A DNA stretch of 64,000 nucleotides from Utricularia gibba (taxonomy: Eukaryota > Plantae > Magnoliophyta): contig CM007989.1 in NCBI GenBank assembly GCA_002189035.1, positions 744,001-808,000 of the forward strand, in the 5' to 3' direction. The first letter of the stretch is position 1. Each line of letters starts with the position of its first letter. This document shows, one piece after another, positions 39,099 to 49,900 of the stretch. Both the position numbers and the translations under genes were made by a program. The notes below the pieces were generated by a model that saw only the letters and a list, made by a program, of their open reading frames with translations, had not been told where the DNA came from and made no database searches.

Positions 39099-40654
39099 CC
39101 ACAAGGCTTTACAAGACAGTCCCAGTACTTGGGAGCTGGTTTGAAAGCTGATAAGCGTTCTGAATCTGTAGTCTCGAGGAGGGGCGATTGGCTAAGCCTA
39201 AGTACTTGGTATTTACAGATGAAAAAGAGGGTTTGAAAGCTGATAACTCCCTCCCACAAGATGATATTATATTATTGCAAAAAGAAGGGTGGTTCTAATC
39301 TGTTAAGCACATGACATGCTACAGAAGCGAAGGACAAAGAAAGGACAGATTACAGCTCATGACACAGGCGCCTGGTGCTCAAAGGAAATGGCTGGTGCAC
39401 AGTACAGTACACTTCCAGTTGGTGTCTTTTTTTTCTCTGAAGCCGTGAGAAAATGATCAGATACCAAGAACTCATGGGGGCTTTGAAATCGTGGTTCCTT
39501 CTCATACCAAATCGGGTGGAAGATCATGTAAAGCAAACTACATGGCAACGCGAATCAACAGAGACCAAGATTGATCATGGCAGATCGTGAAATCGCGAGA
39601 TCCCCTGATGAAAACCAGGGTTTACTTCCTTATAGTGAAACTACCAAATGAATATCACAGTGAGGGGTTAAACTGTCGGCAGCCCCGCCTGTGAAAAGCA
39701 GTCCGCATGTTGAAGGCGACATGGGATTGATTCTATGTTGTTATCTACAGAGCATTTTGTGATCGATCTCCTTCTTCTTCCATCCATGTGTGTTTGTCGA
39801 GTTGCTGTTGTTGGGAGGGGGGAGCAGGTGGAGAGGTTCAGATGTATGCGCATATCTTCTTCTTCTTCTCCTGCTTTAGACCATACCCCAAAGAACGATA
39901 ATGATTCCTCCATCTTCCCCCACCAGCCTACCCAGCTCCATTCCACGACAAACAAAAAAGGGCAGATAAAGTACACCTACAGACAAAATCTAATAATGCA
40001 TCAGATTTTGTATTATAACTTGGGGGTGCCCTAAATCTACTCCATTATGAGTTTTTTGTATTATACAACACCAACTCAAGCCTATCAAGTCGCATATCTT
40101 CTAAGTTCTAAATATGAAATCAACTAAAACACATCAAATTCTTTTTTGATTGCTTGGGCACGAGTACGAGTTGATTTGAATAACTCATGACTTGATTCAA
40201 TTTGAGCAAGTACGAGTGACTCTTCATCTAAACAAATATAAATCAAGCCAATTATTTTTTACTTGATTTAATTTTTAATTTATTAATATATATTATCACA
40301 AATCACAATCATTGGACACGACATTGCTATTCTCTGCAAGTTATGATAAGTATTAGTTATAGTGCATGTGGTGCTGTCAACATTACTAACTAACCTTTGC
40401 ACATTATAATCAATTCTTGTTAGAGCACACACAATGTTTGCAACTCAAATATCCAATCCAAATCAACTCATGATATGAATTGACTCAAAATGTACAACTC
40501 ATTGACTATGAATTGTATTTTTAATTTTAGCTCATGATTCAGCAACTGCAGACTTGTTCATAGAGTTAGCCTCCATGTATATCCTAAGGCAATCTAATTC
40601 TCCTAATGAAAATTATTTTAAGATCAACGGAAAGAAAACATTGCAATCTTTAAA

Positions 40655-40935
40655 TAATAAACCCTAAGTCAAGGGGGCATGATGTATTTTTTTTTTTTAT
40701 GGTTAAACTATAAACCCTAAACATAACTATGGATACAATATTTTCATGTTATGTATGCCACCACCCTCTATAGTCTCATATCTTCTTTCAGAGTCTTTAA
40801 ATCATAAACCATAAATCAGGAAGGGATGATATAATTTTTGATTGTTAATCTATAAACCCTAAACCTAGCTTAAAAGGCATTATTTTTCTACACATATGTG
40901 CCACCATCATCTGAGAGTCTCATATCTTCTTTCTT
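40655..40935. repeat. Diverged tandem duplication of about 144 bp carrying telomere-like AAACCCTAA motifs
   Basis: GTCTCATATCTTCTTTC at 40773 and 40917. TAAACCCTAAA at 40711 and 40852. AAACCCTAA at 40659 pairs with AAACCATAA at 40806. Confidence 0.75.
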
Positions 40936-41860
40936 CCATTCCATTTAAGTACACCACACCCCTTGAGTCACATAATTACAATTTACCATATGCTTGCAAT
41001 GTTTTATACGGGTTAATCGAAAAATTGTAGCATGATGTACCATGACATGATTTTCCTATCATTTTCCATCCGCACTCGTCTCATATCGGTTAACTTAATG
41101 GAGTGAACACCTTAATGTGTGCCCTTCTTCCCTTTAGGAAGTATAGTTGCATCACTATCTCAATGTGTGTGATCTTTCTATAAATGTGTACTGAACTTCA
41201 TCATCTGAAAAAGTTGATGGGCCGGGGTGATTCTAATCAAGAAGTAGACAAGAAGCCCAATGCACTAGGCCCCTTTAAAGCCCCACTCAGTAGACTTTTC
41301 ATTTTTTTTCCTATTTTTATTGGGAGTAAGTTTTTTTTTTCAAGAGGCATATTCTATTTAGTTGGAAATGTATATGAAAGTGGCATTATCACTTTATAAA
41401 TTGTAAAATTAATTTGAAAACAATTATCATTTATTTCATTAATTAAATATATTATTTATTTATTAAAATTTTGATATTTCATGATTATCATAATACCGTA
41501 ATAATATATTACATATTCAGCATTGTATCAATCCATGTACATTGTAGCCATCAGCCAATTCAAACTCTTAATGAAATCCTAAAATTGGTTTAGAATTTAG
41601 ATTTAAAAAATCAAGACACTTCTAAAATTGATTTATTGTGAAAAATCAATTAGGTGAGGACGCAACGTGACGCCAAGGATAACGCGAGGGCCTGCAGCCG
41701 CGTTCGCTCCTTTACTCCAGGAATGTAGCCGTGGAACGCGTCCAGGTTCGTCCAAGGCCACAATCAGTACAAGGGGGCCAGTCTTCGAGACGATACTTGT
41801 AGCTTCGTTATAACTCGCCGTCCGTACTCGGGGGCAACAAAGAAGGACCTCAAGTTTCCG

Positions 41861-42147
41861 ATGGGGCTCCGTGAAAGAGAGGCTCAGGAGCTCCGGAGGA
41901 GGAACGAGGAGCTGGAGAAGGAGTTGAAGGATAGTTTGGGAAGGGAGGAGAGGATGAGGCGGAGATGCAGAGGCTATGGAGACGGCTCGTTGTTGCGGAG
42001 GAGGCCGAGGAGCGCCTCTGCAGCCAGCTCGGAGAGCTCGAGGCCGAGGCCGTCGATCTGGCTCGCCACTACCAGGCCCGGATTGTCGAGCTGACGCAGC
42101 GGCTGTCGCAGGCACAGGCACAGCAGCAGCTTCTCACCACTGATTGA
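41861..42147 (+). CDS. LSU: RESPONSE TO LOW SULFUR (LSU/UP9) small coiled-coil protein, 1-nt frameshift at 41961-41962
   Basis: MGLREREAQELRRRNEELEKEL, then after adding one G: RREMQRLWRRLVVAEEAEERLCSQLGELEAEAVDLARHYQARI. VAEEAEERLCSQL.ELE.E is the LSU signature. Confidence 0.88.
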
Positions 42148-42530
42148 TTTCTTGTCTTCCTTGTAATCAACACCATTCCTGTAGCACAATTCTCTCAGTA
42201 GATTCTTCAATAAATGAATATTATTGCAGAGTAAAATTGAGAATGGACTCTGATATGCATGCACCAGCTCCCATCGCCATTCACGCATATCTACATCTAT
42301 ATGGCGCCCAAGGAACAAGCTCCACACAGGACAAGAGAATAGACTGCGGCCCAGAAAGATTACCAGCATAACGAAATGGCATTAAAGAAAACAACACTCA
42401 AAACACAATGACACTGGTTTCACAGGAAGTAGATGTCTAAAGCAGAACCCATGATGCAATGGAAAAACAGAAACAAATTGCAGCAGAAAGAATTTAAAGT
42501 CAAAAACAAAAAGGTGAAGTTTATGAGTAC

Positions 42531-42800
42531 CCGTTTCGCTCCAAGGAAGTTTCCGGCATCTCAAGCCAGTTTTTCCCATAGAATCACAAATAGGAAAGTG
42601 AGCATATATAAAACGGATCTTTTACCCATATCCCCGAGTAACACCTGAAATAAGGTTTGAGAGATGTGCGAATAGCAGCAGCAGTTGAATTCCTGCTTCC
42701 GAACCAGGCTTCCTTCCTCATCTTCTTCTTCCCCCTTTCCTCGTAGGCTGTCAAATGGAAATCAAAGGTCCATTGTGACGCCAGAGAGAATCGCCTTCAT
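42531..42800 (-). pseudogene. RPL9: Decayed 60S ribosomal protein L9 (uL6) gene
   Basis: Collinear fragments MKAILSGVTMD, DFHL, GKKKMRKEAWFGSRNSTAAAIRTSL, NLISGVTRGYG*KIRFIYAHFPI, RNFLGAKR followed by a GT donor. Carries an in-frame stop, frameshifts and an internal deletion. Confidence 0.8.
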
Positions 42801-43304
42801 CTTGTCGCACAATGTCCTCCGGCGTCAGAGCAAAAATGCGCAAGCCCTAATGCGCTGATAACAACCGTATTTAGGTTGATCTTTTTCCCCAATGAACTTG
42901 TAATCATTTCCAAACACTAATTACAGTCTACATATTCTAGGCATTTAGAAGTTAACTTGAAACAATGCGTGTATGCGTTCATTGAGCACTAAACATTGAT
43001 GCTAAGGCTTCATGAGTGATCGGGTTTTCTGTCAATAGGAAATGGAAACAAATTCTTCTAGTAAAATAGAATTAGGCATTTAGGAAAATGTGATTCTGCT
43101 GCATCTTAATCATTTCACACTCATAATTCCTTCTCCTTCCTCATGAGTTGCAGAGGAAGGTCATGTTGTTGTCTCTTAAAAAAGAATAACCCAAAACGTA
43201 GGAAAAATCATCCGAGAGACGACAAATAACAAAACTACTTGACAATCGGCTAATGGACTTCAAGCCCGACATAAACCAAGCTTTAACAACACAAGATTGC
43301 ACCT

Positions 43305-43940
43305 TTAATCGAACAAGCTGAAACCCATGTCATCATCACTCTCCTCCTTCGGCTCCTCCTGGAAAACAAAGATGAACAAACGCATATTACTTCTTAATCT
43401 AATAATCTGTAACTGAATAAATAACGGCAAAGAGTGTCAAGAAACATGTTCTTTTCTAGATGAATAATCCCTGAGAAGCTTGTATTTTTGAGGATTTTGG
43501 AGATGGGCGTTGACTTAGGCATGGCCAATAAAGGTTGTTCAGCCAGAACTAGTACCTTTTTCTCCTCAACTGCAGGAGCAGCAGCCGCTGCTGCGCCGCC
43601 AGAAGCAGCGCCACCAACCGGAGCAGAAACCGCGACCGCTGCACCGCCGCCACCGGCGCCAACATTGAGGATAAGATCCCCAATGTTTTTCTTCTCGCAA
43701 AGCTTCGCGAAGAGGCTGGGCCAATACGATTCAACTGTCACGTTCGCAGCCTTCACGAGGGTAGCAATTTTCTCCGCCTACGAAAACAGAGAATCCGAAT
43801 TCTGATCACAACACGCTACAAGTATCAAACGAAACGGAATATAATAGTAATAATAAAAAGGAGTATCTCACGGTGATTGAGATGCCATCATCGTGAAGAA
43901 TCAGGGCAGCGTATGTGCAAGCCGTCTCTCCGATCGACAT
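43305..43940 (-). CDS. RPP1: 60S acidic ribosomal protein P1, 3 exons
   Basis: Exons 43940-43872, 43777-43556, 43358-43305. [28 protein letters not shown], Ala-rich hinge, [13 protein letters not shown]. Confidence 0.97.
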
Positions 43941-43984
43941 CTCCGATTGAAACCAGAAACCTTTGCGCGGCGGCTCCAATTGAA

Positions 43985-44086
43985 ATTAGGGTTTCTGAAA
44001 TGAAGCCTCACAGATAAATAATCTTATATTTGCATCCAACTCCCCTAAAAATTGCTTTCTCCGATCCAACCCATTTAAGCAGCCCA
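43985..44086 (-). promoter_or_regulatory. Telo-box plus site II element in the RPP1 promoter/leader
   Basis: AAACCCTAAT on the minus strand at 43985-43994 and TGGGCT at 44081-44086. This pairing is well known in plant ribosomal protein genes. Confidence 0.7.
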
Positions 44087-44125
44087 ATATTCAGCCTGTT
44101 TATTCAACCGGAGGTCCAATAGAGA

Positions 44126-44178
44126 GATGAAATACAGACAAAAGGCAGATGAAATACAGACAAAAGGCAGATAAATAC
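44126..44178. repeat. 22-nt tandem repeat, two full copies plus a partial
   Basis: GATGAAATACAGACAAAAGGCA at 44126 and 44148, then GATAAATAC. Downstream of the cytochrome b5 stop codon. Confidence 0.9.
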
Positions 44179-44307
44179 TCCCACTTATTGCAAACTGCAG
44201 GTAACCACCACCAACATGATGATGATCTAAACTCCTATACGGTCTTAGTGCTTGATCATAAGTGGAGCTCAGTTGAAATCTGCGGAACCACAGGGCCGGT
44301 TCGTTTT

Positions 44308-45220
44308 CTACTCTGTCTTCTCCTTGGCATAGTGCCGGAGGGTGAAAGCCAGGCCCAGTATTATGAGAGGCACAAGGAATTGCAAAATCTTGATAACGAA
44401 CTCGGTGGTCTTGTCTTGATTGTATTGAGGTTGTTTCGGAGGAGCAAAGGAACGTTTCTTGGGTACGGTTTCCATGTCTATCTCACCAATGTAATATTTT
44501 GCCATCATCTCCCTTGCTGAATCACTGTGGCCAACATCTTCAAAGTCATCAGTTGCATCCTTTTCTGCACAAAAGGAGATGTGTATGCCAGATTTCCAAG
44601 GGCATAGATGTTCCATGGAAGAAGATAACAGAAATGGAAATAGATTTTACTGCTGGTTTACCAGTGGCAGATAGCAGAACTTCATCTCCTCCGGGGTGAT
44701 CTTCCATGAATGGAGTCACGTCATAGACCTGAAAGCAGGGATCAATCCACAAAAGATATTTTATTAGGCAGTCATTGGAATCAAGATTACTTTTTCTGTT
44801 CTTCATTAGCAAATTTACATAAAACGGAAAATGAAAGGCCACCCGCAAAACCGGCGATTCTTGTGATTTGGACGACGAGCAATTTGAATGCTCTAAGCAC
44901 ACACTGACGTGAGGAATGTCCTTGGGAAACCTTGTATAACTAAACGCAAAACCAATATCTCACTCCCACCCCCAAAACGCTCAACATATTTCAACTGGGT
45001 AGTCGAGGCTAGCAATCACCAGTTGCACGAGAAGGATATATATTTTTTTATCAACTCCCAGGGCACTGAACATGAGTCCGGCTCCACTATCCAACACGAA
45101 CCAGCAAAACAAAGGTAATGAAAATCATCTGACCTTTCCAGAAATGATCAGCCAACAATCTTTAATCTTGTTATGCGTAGCCACCTCATCGAACACATGA
45201 ACTTTCGGATCTGAAGCCAT
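44308..45220 (-). CDS. CB5: Cytochrome b5, tail-anchored, 3 exons
   Basis: Exons 45220-45134, 44728-44662, 44564-44308. HN...[34 protein letters not shown], C-terminal TM KILQFLVPLIILGLAF. Confidence 0.97.
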
Positions 45221-45545
45221 CGCCGTTTCCTGGGCGCAAAATTCCAATCAACCAACACCTCATAAACTTCGCAGAGCGATTAGCGTTAAAAAGCAGCAAA
45301 AACAAGAAATCGACAGCACGCATAACACCAACAGCACCAGTATCCGACACGCAGTTGGGGATCGATGAAGCTCACGAGTCACGATAGGGGAAATGGAAGA
45401 ATGAACGGCCGACTAAATCGATACTTCCAAGGAGAACTTCCCCCAGGAGGCGGATGAGAATAGTCCATTTTATTAATTTGTTTTTCATCATCTTAAGAAA
45501 GTACACCTTTTTTAAGGTAAAATATCTCTTTCTTCTAAAAGTAAA

Positions 45546-45631
45546 TGGGCCAAAGCCCAGTACATGCTTTTCATGGCCTGATATTTACATTGACCCAGGC
45601 CCAAAAAACCTGGTATTGGATCCCAGGCCCA
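45546..45631. promoter_or_regulatory. Site II (TGGGCY) cluster upstream of cytochrome b5
   Basis: TGGGCC at 45546 and GGCCCA at 45598 and 45626. Confidence 0.5.
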
Positions 45632-45671
45632 GAATTGTTGATTCTGCTTTATTCTGAAACATCGTGTTGCC

Positions 45672-48128
45672 CTAGGATTTTGGGGCTGGTGAAAATCCCA
45701 TGCAGATCGGGGGATTGATCTTGGCCAGAGACAGGATGGAAGAAGGCAGAATCCACAGTCCATCTCCGCAGATCAATCCTGAAGCAATCGCAGGAATCAT
45801 CAAGCCCGCTTTCTTCCTATCCTTCCTCTCCATCAAAAAAGCGATCAAGCTCCCCAACGCCATGTCAAGGGAGAAGTAAGCTCCCACCAGAAATGGGATC
45901 GCCATCGCCATCGGAATCGGCATGAACTTACTGTATTTCCTTGGCAGCACATCTCTAAGGACATTGATCACTATAGCTAGGGCAGCAAAGCCGTAGCATA
46001 ACTGCAAGCAGTGACCCGGAAGGGCTGAGAATCCTTCAACTGCGAGGACGGCTATGTTTCTGTAGATCAATGCGTAGGGAGCCTTGTAGACCCCATTCGG
46101 GTCGCCGATGTCGAAAGACTTCCAGAAGAGTAAGAATGTGAGTGGACCTACAAAGCAGCCTATCAGGGTGCCTATCAGTTGACTTATAGCCATTGATCTT
46201 GGGGATGTCAATGTGAGCTGCCCTGTTTTGAAATCGTGCATCAGTTCGGTAGAAGATGAGACGACGGACTTCACTAAACTGCATCCGATCAGCCCTGCAA
46301 CTACCCCATTTTGTTTCCCCGACAGTGCAGCCATTACAAACAGAGCCACTTTGCCATAATTTGCGGCCATGCTCATGTTAGTAAGTCCTGCTCCATACGC
46401 GTTGCAGAAGCATAGAGGTGGGTGATTAGGTAGCCCACAAGGGCGTAGTACCACTTGAGCTGAGGAAACATTCTTGGGATTATGATTATTGCCATCACAG
46501 AGAGCGATACGTAGGCAACAGATGCCATCCATGTAGGGATGCTGTCCTTCATGAACACTTCATTCTGCTGGATTTCGTCAAGAGTGAGTTCCTTCTCTTC
46601 TGCATTCGTTTCAGATACAGAAAAAGTATTAGTTAATTGTTTTCAGTGAGGAAGTGGTCGATTTAGTCTACCTTTTACGCGATTCTTCTTCTTGTAGGTA
46701 GCATACAGGTTCTTTGAGGTAAGGTACACGACCTTGAAGAAGGTGTAGAGGCCATCACTGAGAATAAGGGCTATGGCTATGAACACCTGCATGCCAGAAG
46801 GATTTAGCCACATATGGATCATCAAGTGAAATGCTTGAGAATAGAGATTTGGAACAAGTAATACCTCGTAACCAGTTAAGCTCTTCATGCTGCTTTCAGG
46901 GACACTTCGAGAGTACCACTCTCCTTTTTTATTGCGTATTAGCGGCCACATGATCCCCAGGAAATAACAGATCCCAGAAGTACAGACATATTCACAAGAT
47001 GGGGGCAGATCATCCCTGCTCCAATGTAAGTCAGGTTGAAATCGAAGTAAAATCTGCAGAAATGGATGCCTTTGTCAGTAAGCAGTTGTTGGCGATCTAA
47101 GTCAAAGAATGGTGATGGGACATGGAACAGTACGTTTGTGCCCAAGCTTTCAACCCGAGTAGTGGGAAATTGCCGAACCCACAATTCGTCCCTCCAGAAT
47201 AGAACCACTGAAAGAAGCCCCAGAAGAAACTCATTGAGAAGACTTTCAAGAATCCATCCACCTGTTCCCTGAAGTATCAGCATTTGAAAAAACGTAGACT
47301 AGCTTCCCTTAAAAAGGTTCAAGGGTTCGAAGCAGATAATCCCTTACTTGGCAGATTTTTCCCCTGTTTTGGTGTGAAACCCATTGATGAGAACAGCAGT
47401 AGCCATCCCACTTGGAAATCTCAACTTCAAATCTATGATCAAGATCTGAGGAATGATCAAGTATCAGTTGCTGAAACCACAGTAGGAAACTAATGTCTTC
47501 CCATGAAGTACCTTTCTCAAAGGAGCAATTGTTAGTATCCCAACAAAGCTTATAGCAAGAAGAAAGGGAATTATCCAATCAAGCCCTGGATCCTTGTAGC
47601 TCCCAGGAGGATTCCCCTCTGTATGCTCTCCCACCAGCTCATAAGTCTTCTTGCTCAGCGCCAGGAGATAAGACCCAAATCCACCTGAAGATACAGAGCA
47701 TTCACACTTGGGCTTTGCAGCTCAAATAACATCCGCATCACTCCAAGACATCCATCCGTACCTCCCAAAGCTATGGCAAAGCAAGAAACAGAGCAAGTCT
47801 GAATGACCGTGTTCTCCTGCCTAGTAAAAGGAGCCGTCGTAATATGCATCTTCTGAAGCAGCTTCGTCCATGCCTTCATGATCACAAAACCGAAGAGCGC
47901 GACGGAGACGCCGAGGCTGGGGACCAGCCCCGTCGTGAGCAGGAGTTTCATTGCCACAATGCTGTAAATTATTCCGATGATCACACTTGCCACCACCCCT
48001 CTGACAGTTATCTGTTCTCTCCAGGAAGGAACAGCCTTTGCTGCTACTTGGATATCAGTTATCTCTTCCAGCTCCTCCTCCATCTTCTCACCCTTCTCCA
48101 CCCCTTCCCGATGATGGATCGTGTCCAT
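45672..48128 (-). CDS. YSL: YELLOW STRIPE-LIKE metal-nicotianamine transporter (OPT family), 7 exons, two 1-nt frameshifts
   Basis: Exons 48128-47762, 47684-47512, 47445-47348, 47268-47134, 47053-46865, 46786-46672, 46599-45672. [74 protein letters not shown]. Breaks at 46955-46958 and 46420-46422. Confidence 0.95.
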
Positions 48129-49667
48129 GGTTTTCTTCTTCTCTGGTAAACAGCCTGCTTCTCCTTCCCTGCAAAATGTGGCAACTGTAGTCTGTAAGCA
48201 TACGCAGTTTCATCAACAGTCTATCCAGTATTCATGATGGCCGACCTCGACTACGGCGGCGGCTCCTCTTCTTCTCCGAAAGCCCGCTGAAACTTCTCCC
48301 TGCGAGCTGCACCAAAAATGGCGATTTAAGCTGTACCCGTGACAGGGTTTCTTATAGGGGAAGAAGGAAAAAGAAGTAGTAAATACGCATATACTTCTTC
48401 CATGCTACTTGCGGTCGAGCATTTAGATGATAAGTTGACTCCTCATCTCAATTACTGGGGGAGGTGATTACCGCCTCACACTTTCATTTTCTTCCACTTT
48501 AGGTCATTAACAGGATTTATTCTTGACTAGCCACAATAACTTATCACCTTTTTCCATTGTTTTTTCATAATTTATTATTCTATACTATTATCAAAAATAT
48601 GTTTGAATTTTAATTAAAATATATTAAAATGTCATGAAAAAATTAATATATATTAAAAATAAAAACAATAAGGTTGCTCATTATTTTTAATATCTATTTT
48701 TCGATTCTATATCTCATTTAGTAACACACACAATTATATTTCTTCTTTTATTAAAAAAATTATATTTTTTATTTAAAAAATAATAAAAAATGCTATAAAA
48801 ATTTTCTAAAATTCTCCTTACATAGGTTATTGGTATCGTGATGGTATCACATCACAAACCCAAAATAAAATTAATAAAAATAATAATCAATTTTTTTTGT
48901 AAAAAAAAAACAATGAGCATCCATGGCACGAGAGGTTGGCCGTATTTGACTTGTGATTGACTTTAGAAGAAAGTCAACGATGGTTACTGATTTTTTTCAC
49001 AGCTAGAGGGGGCAATGATTGGTGAGCATGGGTAGATTTTTATGTGGCGTTATTGAATTCAAATATGCGTTTTAAAAAAAGGAGACATGAAATTCAAGAA
49101 AATTAACTCATCTCCAACTCAAGGAAGGTGATGTGATGTATATATTTGTAAATCACTCTATATGTTTGTGTTAGTTTATAACATATTCTTGTATATTTCA
49201 ACCCAAAAATCAGTTTTGGTTGTAGTGGCAGATTTCAAACTTAAAATCGAGAGGGCTTAATCGTAAAATTAGGGTATGTATATCATTTAGAAAAAAAATG
49301 ATCATTATTATATATGTGATAAAAATAAATACGTTAAATATTTATTTTTTATTTTAATATATGAGAGATAAATGAAATTTTATAAAACTCCGTCTAGGTG
49401 TGGGTGCCATCTCAACTAGTATATTGTTATTTTATTCTATGCTTTTCTATATTTTTATCTTCAATTTTTTTATTGATAATAAAAAATATGAGGATATAAT
49501 TATTATTTTGTATAAATAAACACATTTTTATTTTACTTAAAAGTAAAGATATTCCATCTCATTCTCGTATTTCTATTTCATACATATATTCCTATAAAAA
49601 TATTTTTTATATATTTAAATCACATGACTAAATGGTTATTTATTTTGCAGATATTTCACCATGACAA

Positions 49668-49768
49668 CTAGGGTTAGAAAAGGTGAAAGTGTTGACCAAG
49701 CATTAAACTGGGCCAGTGGAGCCCATGTATGAAAGCCCAATAACGATCTGTTTTGTAATTTGGGCCCA
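49668..49768 (+). promoter_or_regulatory. Telo-like motif plus four site II elements upstream of the AAA-ATPase
   Basis: CTAGGGTT at 49668, TGGGCC at 49710 and 49761, AGCCCA at 49721 and 49735. Confidence 0.55.
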
Positions 49769-49900
49769 TCTAGTTGGTGTTGGTGTTACGCGGGGCGGTG
49801 AAGCTTCCTCGCAAGCAGCGATAATCTATCTGGTGTTTCATCTCGTCGGCCATAGCGCCAGTTGCCCGGTAAACGTCGCATACGGAAAGGGGAAAAAAAG

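Noticed and set aside
39090-39200. TAS3-like tasiARF or miR390 site similarity (TCTTGTAAAGCCTT, CCCCTCCTCGAG)
   Set aside because: Only partial matches with several mismatches and no tandem tasiARF pair.
39560-39600. miR167*-like GATCATGGCAG
   Set aside because: No mature miR167 sequence and no hairpin partner nearby.
40185-40211. miR828 target or TAS4-like site (ATTTGAGCAAG)
   Set aside because: Only about 11 of 22 positions match, inside an AT-rich repeat-like patch.
48830-49660. Tourist/PIF-like MITE (GAGCATCC, CATCTCCAA fragments) in an AT-rich spacer
   Set aside because: I could not find a matching pair of terminal inverted repeats or a target-site duplication.
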